Both the position numbers and the translations under genes were made by a program. Positions 29,214-39,207 of a stretch of 64,000 bases of DNA are shown here, piece after piece. The notes under the pieces were generated by a model. The model searched no databases and was not told where the DNA came from. It was given only the letters and a program-made list of their open reading frames with translations. How positions within the stretch are numbered: position 1 is the first letter of the stretch; each line of letters begins with the position of its first letter. The DNA comes from Calditrichales bacterium (GTDB taxonomy: Bacteria; Calditrichota; Calditrichia; Calditrichales; J004), in the NCBI GenBank assembly GCA_965267575.1, contig OZ254086.1:2112001-2176000 (forward strand), given 5' to 3'.

Positions 29214-31556
29214 ATGTTACAAAATAATTCTTCCAATAATTCGGCAAACGCTCCCGTAGGAATAGATTTCAAACGCTATTACCGCCTCTTCAAGCGTAAG
29301 AAGTGGCTCATCCTTGGGATTTTTAGCGTTGTTTTTGTTTTCGTTTTTCTGGCGGCATTAAGGCTGGGGCCTGAGAAGATTTACACAACAAGTGCTCTTC
29401 TTCAGTTTGACGACAGGCGCGCTTTGTCCGGTATAGAAGACCGCGGACGGGCCGAAAACGACAGCAAGCTTGGCATGTTAATGTCGCGCAGTTTTTTGAA
29501 AAATGTCGTGGATAAGCTGAACTATACGTTTCAGATAAGTGGTTCCATTCGCCGCGCCAATGCTGTAGATTCGATTTACCTGGCTGGAGACCACAAGCTC
29601 GGCAAATACCGCATTGAAAAAGACAATGGCCAGTTTAAGCTGCTTTATACCAGTCCGGATAAAACGGTTGAAGAAAAAGTTATTTTTGAGGGTGACCTTG
29701 CACCCGATTACCGTCTTGCGATAAACGGATTTGAGCTTTACACACGAAAGAACTTTTGGGACACTCACCAGAAGCTGCAATTTTATCTGCTTAACGAATT
29801 GCAGGCCGTTGAAAAATTGCGTTCATCCCTTAATCCCAATTTTAAGAACCGCAGCCGTACACTGCTCGGCATTGAAATTTCCGGCACGGACCCGGATTTT
29901 ATAACGCTTACCCTTAACACGTTAATTGATGAGTTTGTTAAGCAAAATATCGATTTTAAAAAATATCACACACGTGAAGTATTGAATATACTTTCAGAGC
30001 AGCTGAAGACAGCAAAAGCAGACCTTGATTCGGCCGTTGAAGATCTGAAAGTCTTTCGTGAAAAGAACCCCTGGGTTGGACTTGACCCCGGGGCAACCGG
30101 CGCCATTACCGGCATTTCTTCGCTGGAAAGCGATAAGCTGAACGTGCAGGACAATACCGCCGAACTGGAAATGCTGCTGAACAGGGTTTCAAATGTTTCC
30201 GGTGAAGCCAAGTACCCGATTCTCAGTGAAATTCTGTCATTCCTTGGTGCTTCCGGTGTCGCGACTGTTCCTGCATTGAGCTCCGAACTTGCCAGTTTAA
30301 GAGCAGAGCGAGATCGACTTCAGGCCTCTTATTCTGCTGACCACCCCGTTATTCAGGAGAATGAACGCAAGCTTGGTTCGCTGGAAGAAAAGATCCTCTT
30401 AACGACCAGGAATCTGATAAACAGCTACAATGACAGAATCGCAAAGATCAACTCGCAAATACGGGAAGAATCTTACAAGATACGAAGCCTCCCGACGAAG
30501 GAGCTGCAATTTGCGGAATTACAGCGCAGGCGAAATGTTGCCGACCAGATCTATTCGTCATTGCTGGTGCGCCACAATCAGGCAAAGGTAGCAGACGCGG
30601 TCGAAGTGGGCGATGTCATTGTTCTTGATGAGGCAGTTAAGCCGCTTGGCGGCGGAAGCTTTGCGCAGCTTCTTAAATATCTGATCCTTGCTTTTGGTCT
30701 TGGCATTGCGCTCAGTTTCGGCTCGGTTATCGCGTTTGATTTTCTGGATAAAACCGTCCGGACATCAGATGAGTTAGAAAAGGCTGTCCCGATTCGTGTT
30801 GTTGCTAAAATACCAGTTGTAGGTTCAGCAAGGGATATCCCGGAAGAGGTGTTTGACAGCACAAAGCGTATTGACCCCAAGCTGGTGACTGCGGACTATT
30901 CGCCTACCCCTATGGGTGAAGCGTATCGCAGCCTGCGGACGCAGCTTTTATTTAGCAACGAACACAAGCGCAACCGCTCGTTGTTTATAACATCGCTGAA
31001 CCCGGGCGAGGGAAAGTCGCTCAATGCCGGCAACCTGGCAATCACCTTTGCGCAGCAGAAAATTCCAACATTGCTTGTTGATGCTGATCTGAGAAGGGGC
31101 GTGCTGCACAGCTCTTTTGCCTGCGACAAAAAGCCCGGTCTTTCGGATTTCCTTTACTCCAATGCGGACATCAATGAGGAGAATATCCGAAAGGTAATTC
31201 AGCAAACACACATCCCGAATCTGCACCTGCTGAGCAGCGGTATGCCGGTGCCAAACCCTTCGGAAATTCTTGGTTCGCAGCGTGGAAAAGATGTAATACG
31301 CTTTTTGAACGAGCGTTTTGGTTTTGTGATTGTTGATACACCGCCGATCATGGTTACGGCAGATTCTGTTGTGATCTCACAATATGTGGATCAGGGTCTG
31401 TTTGTTATACGTGCCGGAAAAACCAACGTGGACGAGGTAAAGCAGAAAATTGCAGAATACCAGGACTTCCACAAAAAACTGTTTGGCCTGGTGCTGAATT
31501 GTGCCGAGCTGGATGTTAAGGAAGAAAACTATAAGTATTCCTACTACAACTATTAA
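29214..31556 (+). CDS. wzc: Polysaccharide co-polymerase / BY-kinase (Wzc)
   Basis: Two TMs flanking a coiled periplasmic domain, EAYRSLRT, GEGKS, VDADLRR, VDTPP, C-terminal Tyr cluster YKYSYYNY. Confidence 0.93.
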   Translation: MLQNNSSNNSANAPVGIDFKRYYRLFKRKKWLILGIFSVVFVFVFLAALRLGPEKIYTTSALLQFDDRRALSGIEDRGRAENDSKLGMLMSRSFLKNVVDKLNYTFQISGSIRRANAVDSIYLAGDHKLGKYRIEKDNGQFKLLYTSPDKTVEEKVIFEGDLAPDYRLAINGFELYTRKNFWDTHQKLQFYLLNELQAVEKLRSSLNPNFKNRSRTLLGIEISGTDPDFITLTLNTLIDEFVKQNIDFKKYHTREVLNILSEQLKTAKADLDSAVEDLKVFREKNPWVGLDPGATGAITGISSLESDKLNVQDNTAELEMLLNRVSNVSGEAKYPILSEILSFLGASGVATVPALSSELASLRAERDRLQASYSADHPVIQENERKLGSLEEKILLTTRNLINSYNDRIAKINSQIREESYKIRSLPTKELQFAELQRRRNVADQIYSSLLVRHNQAKVADAVEVGDVIVLDEAVKPLGGGSFAQLLKYLILAFGLGIALSFGSVIAFDFLDKTVRTSDELEKAVPIRVVAKIPVVGSARDIPEEVFDSTKRIDPKLVTADYSPTPMGEAYRSLRTQLLFSNEHKRNRSLFITSLNPGEGKSLNAGNLAITFAQQKIPTLLVDADLRRGVLHSSFACDKKPGLSDFLYSNADINEENIRKVIQQTHIPNLHLLSSGMPVPNPSEILGSQRGKDVIRFLNERFGFVIVDTPPIMVTADSVVISQYVDQGLFVIRAGKTNVDEVKQKIAEYQDFHKKLFGLVLNCAELDVKEENYKYSYYNY

Positions 31557-31581
31557 TAAAGTTCTGAAAGTCTAAATGGAG

Positions 31582-31616
31582 AGGGATTTTTATCATCGAT
31601 AGAAATCCCTTTTTTT
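31582..31616 (+). terminator. Terminator-like hairpin inside the glycan locus
   Basis: AGGGATTTTTATC / GATAGAAATCCCT 13-bp stem (one G:U) followed by TTTTTT. Confidence 0.65.
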
Positions 31617-31633
31617 AACCCTCTTAAAACGTT

Positions 31634-33178
31634 ATGAGTCTTCTGCTTCATCATTTTCTGGAAAACAGTGCCGACAAAAATCCGGATAAGCCCGCTTTGT
31701 GGCATAAGGAAAACTGGTACGATTACCGTTCTCTGGAAGAGGGCGCAAACAAAATAGCCGGTTTTTTGATCAGTAAGAATTTGCGCAAAGGTGACCGGGT
31801 GGCGATGATCTGGGAAAACAGTTTTCACTATGTCGCAATTTACTACGGCATCCTGAAGGCCGGCGGGGTTGTGGTCGCCCTCAATACAGAGACCACCCCA
31901 GACAGCATCGCCTATTTGCTGGATAATTCCGGCGCGCGCTTTTTCTTTGTCCAGAAAACATTCGCCCGTTTTGTGAAGCCGATTAAAGACAAAATAAATG
32001 CCCTGGACGGTGTTATCTGGGATGAGTTGCCCAAAGGCTGGCCATCAGAAAAGAGCTACTTCTTATGGACTGATATCCAGCAAAAATATGCCGCTGAAAG
32101 ACCCCAGATCAGGATCATCAACATTGATCTGGCAGCAATCGTTTATACATCGGGCAGTACCGGGAAGCCAAAGGGTGTTACACTTTCGCACCTGAATATC
32201 TGCACCAATACCCAGTCTATTGTCTCTTATCTGAAGCTTTCCGCCAAAGACCGTATCATGGTGATTTTGCCGTTTTATTACATTTACGGATTGTCTCTGC
32301 TTAATACACATATTGCCGTTGGCGGAAGTCTGGTAATAGACAATCGCTTTGCTTTTCCAAATGTCGTACTGGACACGATGGAAAAGCAGCAGGTTACGGG
32401 CTTTGCAGGCGTGCCCAGCACTTTTGCTATTTTGCTTAATAAATCCAACGTCAGAAATCGTTCTTTTCAAAAATTGCGCTATTTAACGCAAGCCGGCGGA
32501 GCCATGGCGCCTGTGTTGCAAACCGACGTCGCTGAAGTGTTCAGCCCGGCAAAGCTAATCGTTATGTACGGCGCGACAGAAGCATCGGCAAGGCTGACCT
32601 ACCTTGATCCGGAATTTCATTCTCAAAAACTGGGCTCTATCGGCAAGGCGATCCCTAATGTGGAAGTATTTGTTGCGGATCATAACGGACAACCACTGCC
32701 GGCGGGTGAGCAGGGTGAGATTGTTGCCCGGGGAGCCAACATGATGCAAGGCTACTGGCGCGATCCGCAGGAAACGGCCAAAGTTGTGCGCCACGGCCTC
32801 TATTTTACCGGCGATTTGGGCAAAACCGATGAAGAGGGTTTTCTCTATGTTGTCGGGCGCAGCAAGGATATGATTAAGGTTGGCGCAAACCGCATCAGCG
32901 CTAAGGAGATAGAAGAAGCCATTCTTGAAAACGAAAATGTTGTCGAAGTCGCCGTTATTGGCGTGCCGGATGATATCCTCGGTGAAGCGATGGACGCTTG
33001 CGTGGTATTGAAGGAACGGCATAACGGCTGGGAAAAAGATCTTCTGGAATTTACCCGCAAAAAACTGCCGCCCTTCAAAGTGCCTTCCTATTTTTCGCCG
33101 CTTGACGCCCTGCCCAAAAATACTTCCGGCAAAGTCATGAAGAATAAAATAAGGAAGCTCAAGGGACTGGAAGTCTGA
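31634..33178 (+). CDS. AMP-dependent acyl-CoA/acyl-ACP ligase (adenylate-forming), similar to exosortase-A-cluster ligases
   Basis: YTSGSTGKPKG, MYGATEA, TGDLG, GRSKDMIK, PKNTSGK. Confidence 0.9.
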   Translation: MSLLLHHFLENSADKNPDKPALWHKENWYDYRSLEEGANKIAGFLISKNLRKGDRVAMIWENSFHYVAIYYGILKAGGVVVALNTETTPDSIAYLLDNSGARFFFVQKTFARFVKPIKDKINALDGVIWDELPKGWPSEKSYFLWTDIQQKYAAERPQIRIINIDLAAIVYTSGSTGKPKGVTLSHLNICTNTQSIVSYLKLSAKDRIMVILPFYYIYGLSLLNTHIAVGGSLVIDNRFAFPNVVLDTMEKQQVTGFAGVPSTFAILLNKSNVRNRSFQKLRYLTQAGGAMAPVLQTDVAEVFSPAKLIVMYGATEASARLTYLDPEFHSQKLGSIGKAIPNVEVFVADHNGQPLPAGEQGEIVARGANMMQGYWRDPQETAKVVRHGLYFTGDLGKTDEEGFLYVVGRSKDMIKVGANRISAKEIEEAILENENVVEVAVIGVPDDILGEAMDACVVLKERHNGWEKDLLEFTRKKLPPFKVPSYFSPLDALPKNTSGKVMKNKIRKLKGLEV

Positions 33179-33180
33179 TC

Positions 33181-34209
33181 ATGAAGATTGAAACGATTCA
33201 AACGGATTTGACAAACTGGGACGCCTACGTTGAGAACCATCCGCAGGGTACGATTTATCACAAAAGCGGGTGGAAAAATATCATTGAGTCTCATTTTGGT
33301 AAAAAGACGCACTATCTGCTGGCGCGCGATGATCATGCCGTTCGTGGCGTTTTGCCGCTGGTAGAATTCAGCTCGCCTTTGTTCGGAAGATTTATCATTT
33401 CCGTGCCTTATGTCAACTACGGAGGTCTCCTTTTTTCGGATGATCAGGCGCGCGCGGCGCTGTTGAAAGAAGCCGATCGCATACGTGACGATCGCAAAGC
33501 GGAATCAGTTGAATTGCGCCACGTGGGAGACGATTTGAACGGTCTTCCGGTAAAAACGCAAAAGGTGACTTTTTTTCTTGATTTACCCGGGGATAGCGAG
33601 GAGTTATTGGCTGCTTTCAAAGCGAAATTGCGCAGCCAGATTCGCCGCCCCATGAAAGAAGGGATGTATGCAAAAAGCGGCGGTCAGGAGTTGCTTGATG
33701 ATTATTATGCCGTTTTTTCAATCAATATGCGCGACTTGGGTACGCCGGTTTATGACCGGCGTTTTTTTAAGGCCATTTTTGCGCAAACGCCTGAAAATTG
33801 TCACATTGTAACCGTTTATACGCCCGATCATAAATGTGTCGGCGGGGCTTTCCTGATCGGGTACCGGGGGCGCATGGAAATACCGTGGGCTTCCACGCTG
33901 AAGGAATACAATCGCTACAGCCCCAACATGTTGCTTTACTGGGAAGTGCTGAAGCTGGCCATAGAAAAAGGGTATAAGCAATTTGACTTTGGGCGTTGCA
34001 GCAAGGAGGGCGGAACGTACCGGTTTAAAAGGCAGTGGGGCGCCACCGAGATTCCGCTTCACTGGTATTATCTCTTGCCGGATGGGGCTGATATGCCGCA
34101 AATAAATCCGGACAATCCAAAATACAGGCTTGCCATCTCTGCCTGGCAAAAGCTGCCGGTGGCTGTGGCCAACGCCATCGGACCGCATATCGTAAAACAC
34201 CTGCCCTAG
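33181..34209 (+). CDS. FemAB-like GNAT protein (XrtA/PEP-CTERM-cluster type)
   Basis: SVPYVNYGG, KLRSQIRR, NMRDLGTP, NMLLYW, FDFGR, FKRQWGA, NPDNPKY. Confidence 0.88.
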   Translation: MKIETIQTDLTNWDAYVENHPQGTIYHKSGWKNIIESHFGKKTHYLLARDDHAVRGVLPLVEFSSPLFGRFIISVPYVNYGGLLFSDDQARAALLKEADRIRDDRKAESVELRHVGDDLNGLPVKTQKVTFFLDLPGDSEELLAAFKAKLRSQIRRPMKEGMYAKSGGQELLDDYYAVFSINMRDLGTPVYDRRFFKAIFAQTPENCHIVTVYTPDHKCVGGAFLIGYRGRMEIPWASTLKEYNRYSPNMLLYWEVLKLAIEKGYKQFDFGRCSKEGGTYRFKRQWGATEIPLHWYYLLPDGADMPQINPDNPKYRLAISAWQKLPVAVANAIGPHIVKHLP

Positions 34210-34217
34210 GACCCCAA

Positions 34218-35366
34218 TTGCTGACACTTTTCATCCTGCTCGCTGCATTTATCATTTACATCTATATCGGTTATCCGATTGTTATGATGGTTCTCGGAAC
34301 CTTGTTCAAGCGACCGGCGAAAGATACGCCACCCGATGACCTGCCACGCGTTGCTTTTATTATTTCCGCCTTTAACGAAGAATCCGTTATAGGAGAGAAA
34401 CTCGATAATACAAAGCGGCTTAAGTACCCTTCTGACAAGCTTGATATTTTTGTCATATCCGATGCTTCCGATGACAATACGGACGAAATTGTTAACAAAT
34501 ATGACCATGTTTTTCTGAAGCGCATGACCGAGCGGCGCGGAAAGACCTACGGTATTAACGAAGTCGTCCCTCAGCTCGATCATGATGTTGTCGTGTTTTC
34601 CGACGCAAACGCCATTTACGAAGAAAACGCACTGATGGAGCTGGTGAAGTTTTTTGGCGATCCCAAAGTGGGATATGTGGTAGGATATGCCCGCTATTAT
34701 GATGAAGAGCGCAGCCAGGCCGGCGAACAGGAAAATGCCTACTGGAATTTTGAAGTGAAACTTAAAGAGTATGAGAGCCGCCTGGGATCGGTGGTTGGCG
34801 GAGATGGTGCCATCTATGCCATCCGGCGCAGGCTTTTCCGGCATCTTGAAGAGGATGATATAAACGATTTTGTCAATCCCCTGCATATTATTTTACAGGG
34901 CTATCGCGGTGTTTTTAATCCCGATGCCGTGTGTTACGAACACACCGCGGAAAATTTTGAAAAAGAGCTTAAACGCAAGCGTCGCATCGTTAACCGCAGC
35001 TGGCGCGGGCTTATGAAGAATGCGGCCGTGCTGAATCCTTTTAAAACCGGGCTTCATGCCTGGCAAGTTTTTTCGCATAAATTTTTGCGCTGGCTGGGCG
35101 GGTTTTTTCTTATCGCCTTCCTGGCGGTGAATTTTTTGGTTTTGGAACACGGCGATCTTCCGCGCTGGGTTTTAGCGGCGCAACTGGCCTTTTATAGTTG
35201 CGGTATAATAGGCGCTATTGGCATTAAAGCAGGAAAAAATATGCCGCCGCCGTTTTCTATCTGCTATTATTTCGTTGCCGTAAATGTCGTATCGCTGTTG
35301 GGTATTTGGGATAACTACAACGGGAAAAAATATACTACCTGGCAAACAATCAGGGAAGAAAGCTAA
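34218..35366 (+). CDS. Glycosyltransferase family 2 (membrane-bound)
   Basis: SAFNEE, DASDDNT, FSDANA, GDGAIYAIRR, SHKFLRW. Confidence 0.9.
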   Translation: MLTLFILLAAFIIYIYIGYPIVMMVLGTLFKRPAKDTPPDDLPRVAFIISAFNEESVIGEKLDNTKRLKYPSDKLDIFVISDASDDNTDEIVNKYDHVFLKRMTERRGKTYGINEVVPQLDHDVVVFSDANAIYEENALMELVKFFGDPKVGYVVGYARYYDEERSQAGEQENAYWNFEVKLKEYESRLGSVVGGDGAIYAIRRRLFRHLEEDDINDFVNPLHIILQGYRGVFNPDAVCYEHTAENFEKELKRKRRIVNRSWRGLMKNAAVLNPFKTGLHAWQVFSHKFLRWLGGFFLIAFLAVNFLVLEHGDLPRWVLAAQLAFYSCGIIGAIGIKAGKNMPPPFSICYYFVAVNVVSLLGIWDNYNGKKYTTWQTIREES

Positions 35367-35374
35367 AGGAGATC

Positions 35375-36451
35375 GTGCCGCAAATGGGCTATGTGGTTAA
35401 ACAAGCAGACTTAAAAAAAGAGCGACATATCATGGTGGGTATTCTGCAGAATAACCGCCAGGTTGATGATTTTGATTACAATAAGCGGTTTGAGTGGATC
35501 TATGAAAACAATCCCTATGGTAAGGCACGCGCCTGGATCATCTGGGATGACAAGAACGACCTGCCGGTGGGCTTTACAGGCGTTTTCCCAAGGCCTGTTT
35601 ATGTCAACGGCCAGCGTGTGATGTGCTGGAATTGTGGTGATTTTTCGATCGAGAAAAAATACCGTACGCTGGGTATAGCCATAAAGCTGCGCAAAGCCGC
35701 CAAAGAAGCGGTGGACAGCGGCGAAATACCTTTTTTGTATGCCCACCCCAATGAAAGAATGGAAGTGATTCACCTGAAGGTGGGGCATAAGAAGATCGCT
35801 CAAATGCAGCGCTTTGCCCTGCCAATCCGGGCTACGCGGCTTATTCATTCTTATGTTAAGAATAATGCCCTCACCTGGTTGCTGTCCAAGCCTGCCAATT
35901 TTTTGTTATCGCTTAAATATCGTTTCAGTACTTTTTTGGGCATAAGCGGTGTCATACATGATGAGGTTAAGGTCGGCCAGGATCACGATCAGCTTGCAGA
36001 AAGAATGTATGAGAGCTTTAAGGTTGTGGGCGAGCGAAGCACGACATATCTGAACTGGAAATTTGGTTCTAATCCAAACCGCCGTTACAGCCAGTTCGAC
36101 CTGTATTATAAGGGAATGCTGGTAGGCTGTGTGTTCTACGTTCAAAGGGACGATGCTGTTTACGTACTCGATGTGTTAGTTGATGATTTTGATCGTTTTG
36201 CCGGTGAGCTTTTCCGCAATTTTATTAACAGTATCCGCAAGGCATATAACCGTTCCATCGTATCAGTTTCCTTTATTTTACAGGAATTCAATCCGTTTAT
36301 ACCGGTACTAAAAAAACTCGGTTTTCGTTACCGTGATGATGCCACTTCCGGCGTGATCAGCTATGCGAACGAAGAAATCAATCCGCAAACCGCAACCGCT
36401 GTTTTAGATGGTAAATCATGGTTTATGACGGTTGGCGACAGAGATGCTTAA
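35375..36451 (+). CDS. GNAT-family acyltransferase
   Basis: F.W.Y..NP.G, GDFSI...YRTLG, PNE, RS..YLNWKF..NP, C-terminal GDRD. Confidence 0.75.
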   Translation: MPQMGYVVKQADLKKERHIMVGILQNNRQVDDFDYNKRFEWIYENNPYGKARAWIIWDDKNDLPVGFTGVFPRPVYVNGQRVMCWNCGDFSIEKKYRTLGIAIKLRKAAKEAVDSGEIPFLYAHPNERMEVIHLKVGHKKIAQMQRFALPIRATRLIHSYVKNNALTWLLSKPANFLLSLKYRFSTFLGISGVIHDEVKVGQDHDQLAERMYESFKVVGERSTTYLNWKFGSNPNRRYSQFDLYYKGMLVGCVFYVQRDDAVYVLDVLVDDFDRFAGELFRNFINSIRKAYNRSIVSVSFILQEFNPFIPVLKKLGFRYRDDATSGVISYANEEINPQTATAVLDGKSWFMTVGDRDA

Positions 36452-36462
36452 CAGGAGAGAAC

Positions 36463-36696
36463 ATGAAAGACAAAATAGTTGAGTTTTTATACGACGAAAA
36501 TCTGAAAGATGAATTTGAAAACCTGGATCATGATGATTCACTGTTGGAATTAGGTATCATTGATTCAGTTAAAATGATGGATTTGATCGAATTTCTCGAG
36601 AAGACCTATGGCATCAACGTGGATGATGACGATCTCTATCCGGAAAATTTCGATTCCATTAACGCCATAGCAGAATTTGTGGAGTCCAAAAAGTAA
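36463..36696 (+). CDS. Stand-alone acyl carrier protein
   Basis: 77 aa acidic protein with LLELGIIDSV phosphopantetheine Ser motif and PENFDSI; AGGAG RBS before ATG 36463. Confidence 0.9.
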   Translation: MKDKIVEFLYDENLKDEFENLDHDDSLLELGIIDSVKMMDLIEFLEKTYGINVDDDDLYPENFDSINAIAEFVESKK

Positions 36697-36698
36697 TA

Positions 36699-37919
36699 AT
36701 GCCCCGAATAGAAATGCCCTGGGCCGCCTGGTATGGTGACAGGAAATTGTTGCTGGATTTGCCGGATGACTGGCAGATCGATGAATACGCTCTGGATTCT
36801 GATAAGCAGGTAAATGACGCCACACTGGACAAAGCGGTTAGCGGCCTGGCAGATGTGCAGGCAAAAAAGAGAGCATCGAACGCTGTCATTGTTGTTGATG
36901 ATTTGACGCGTCCGGTAAAATTGGAAAGGCTGATGCCGCGCATTCTCTCACTGTTGAACCAATCGGGCATAGCCGACAAGGATATACGTATTCTGGTTGG
37001 TTTGGGCTCACACCAGGGCCTGAGCCGCGAAAATATGCAGAAAAAGCTGGGCAAAGAAGCAGTAGATAGAGTCACCTGCCTGAATCACGATCCTTCTGAT
37101 ACTGTTGAAGTGGGCGTTGAATGGGGCAAGACATCGGTAAAGTTGAACCAGGTTTACGTGGAGTCTGAGCTTAAGATTGTTATTAGCGGGCTGACGCCGC
37201 ACAGTTTCGCCGGCTTTAGCGGCGGTGCCAAAATGCTCTATCCCGGTCTGGCGGACATGGAGACAATTGCTAAGACCCACAAGTCCGTATTGATGGGATT
37301 TATGGGTAAACTGGGAGATGTTGCGCAAAACAAATTTCGAAATATCATTGAAGAGTTTGTAGAAAAAGTGGGTCTTGATTTTTTCTTTGGTGTCGTAATC
37401 AACGGGGACCGATCGATGCGTTCGGTGCATGCGGGCCATTATGTTGACGCCCATCGGGCTGCTGCCGAAGAAGCGGCTGAATATTGCCGCATACAGCTTA
37501 AGAATCCGCAGTATGATATTGTTATATCTTCTGCCTGGCCAAAGGACAGCGAGCTGCTGCAAGCGGAAAACGGGTTTATCCCGATTAAGTCCGCCGGTGC
37601 GGACTTGCTAAAACCGGGTGGCATATTTGTTTTATTGTCAGCTTGTTCCGAGGGCATGGGGCATCACGGTCTGTTCGGGCCGGGTGGGCTACTTTTTCGC
37701 AAAGCTCTGCCCTTGCGCTTTTTAAAAGACCGGCGATTGTTTTCCTTTTGTGAGAATGTCTCCAAAGAAGATTTCCACCACCTTTATCATGAGTCTTATG
37801 ACTTTTTTACAGATGTACAGGATTTGATTGACAGAGCTAAGTCATTGGCAGGCAAAAAGCCAAAAGTCGCCGTATTCCCATACGGCAGTATGCAGATAGC
37901 AGGTGCTTATGTCGGCTAG
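36699..37919 (+). CDS. LarA-family (lactate racemase domain) nickel-pincer 2-hydroxy-acid racemase/epimerase homologue
   Basis: DDLTRP, GLGSH, PHSFAGFSGGAKMLYPG, TH, CSEGMG motifs align by eye with LarA. Confidence 0.82.
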   Translation: MPRIEMPWAAWYGDRKLLLDLPDDWQIDEYALDSDKQVNDATLDKAVSGLADVQAKKRASNAVIVVDDLTRPVKLERLMPRILSLLNQSGIADKDIRILVGLGSHQGLSRENMQKKLGKEAVDRVTCLNHDPSDTVEVGVEWGKTSVKLNQVYVESELKIVISGLTPHSFAGFSGGAKMLYPGLADMETIAKTHKSVLMGFMGKLGDVAQNKFRNIIEEFVEKVGLDFFFGVVINGDRSMRSVHAGHYVDAHRAAAEEAAEYCRIQLKNPQYDIVISSAWPKDSELLQAENGFIPIKSAGADLLKPGGIFVLLSACSEGMGHHGLFGPGGLLFRKALPLRFLKDRRLFSFCENVSKEDFHHLYHESYDFFTDVQDLIDRAKSLAGKKPKVAVFPYGSMQIAGAYVG

Positions 37920-39207
37920 TGCCATTCTGTTTCTTGTGATTTTTGTTGTTGGAGTTTATTTAACGTTCAAACATCCGTTTTATGGTATAGCCCTGTATAT
38001 ATTCGAATGGCATAATCATCCGCCTTACATGTGGTGGGGAGACCCACTGCCCGATCTACGCTGGTCTTTACTCGTGGCTGTACTAACCCTGGCTTCAATG
38101 ATCATTAATTTCAAGAAGCTGAAGCCGCTTAAGGGAGCTAGTTACGCGCTTATCTGGTGGCTTGTGGCTTTTACGGTCTGGATGTATGTCGTTTCCATGT
38201 TTTTTGCAATCGATCCTTATCACAGTTTCAGAAGGGCGGAAAACTTTCTCAAGTTGACGATTCAAATAATGCTGATGAGTTACCTCGTTCGGGAAAAAGA
38301 GCACATCCGCTTTGTCTTCTGGACAATGATCCTAAGTGTGGCAAATTTTGGAAGGGTGGCCTTCGAGCGAGGGTCGAACCGCTACCTTGGCGTTATTGCC
38401 CCCAATGCCACGGAAGAAAATGCCATTTCAGCTCATGTGGCGGCCGTGCTACCCTGGTTTGGTCTCTACTTTATGAACGGTAAGCGCTGGGAAAAAATTG
38501 TCACGTTTTTATCGATTCCGTTTCTGGTAAACCTTATCATCCTTGCCAATTCACGCGCCTCTTTTATGGCGGTGGTCTCCACAGCTCTCCTCATGCTTAT
38601 TTGGGTAAAGGGGCGGTTGAGACTTCAGGTTTTGGCCGGAATTGTGGGCGGGATTATTCTCGTATTTGCCCTGGCTAATGAACAATTTTGGGAGCGCCAG
38701 CAAACGATCCGCGAATATGAAGATGAAGGCTCTGCAATGAGTCGTTTCTATTTATGGTCCGGTGCTTACGAAATGTGGAAGGATAATCCGTTTGGTCTGG
38801 GCGGAGAAGGTTTTGAAGCACTTGTAATAGAGTATGTACCGGAGTTGGCCCCGCAAATGAGAGAAGAGGGTGCAAAAACAGTTCACTCTACGTTTTTCCT
38901 TGTATTGGTAGAATGGGGCGCGCCGGGTGTGATAATCTTTATCGGCTTTACGATACATATGATAATGATGCTTGGTACGGTAAAGCGACGGTCGCGGATG
39001 ACAACATCCTACCGTTATTACGTTGATGCGATCGCTATCCAGATGGGGATAGTAGCCCTGATTGTTGCCGGACTTACCCATAACAGGCTTTACGCAGAGG
39101 TCTATTACTGGTTTGGAGCCTTTGCCGTCATACTCAAGAATATCCAGCATGACGAGATTATTACCGAATTTGAAAAACAGCCTGCGCAGGAATCCAACCT
39201 ATCATGA
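37909..39207 (+). CDS. O-antigen ligase / Wzy polymerase family membrane protein
   Basis: About 11 hydrophobic segments, SRAS, SAMSRFYLW, NPFGLG, VHSTFFLVLVEWG. Confidence 0.85.
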   Translation: MSASAILFLVIFVVGVYLTFKHPFYGIALYIFEWHNHPPYMWWGDPLPDLRWSLLVAVLTLASMIINFKKLKPLKGASYALIWWLVAFTVWMYVVSMFFAIDPYHSFRRAENFLKLTIQIMLMSYLVREKEHIRFVFWTMILSVANFGRVAFERGSNRYLGVIAPNATEENAISAHVAAVLPWFGLYFMNGKRWEKIVTFLSIPFLVNLIILANSRASFMAVVSTALLMLIWVKGRLRLQVLAGIVGGIILVFALANEQFWERQQTIREYEDEGSAMSRFYLWSGAYEMWKDNPFGLGGEGFEALVIEYVPELAPQMREEGAKTVHSTFFLVLVEWGAPGVIIFIGFTIHMIMMLGTVKRRSRMTTSYRYYVDAIAIQMGIVALIVAGLTHNRLYAEVYYWFGAFAVILKNIQHDEIITEFEKQPAQESNLS

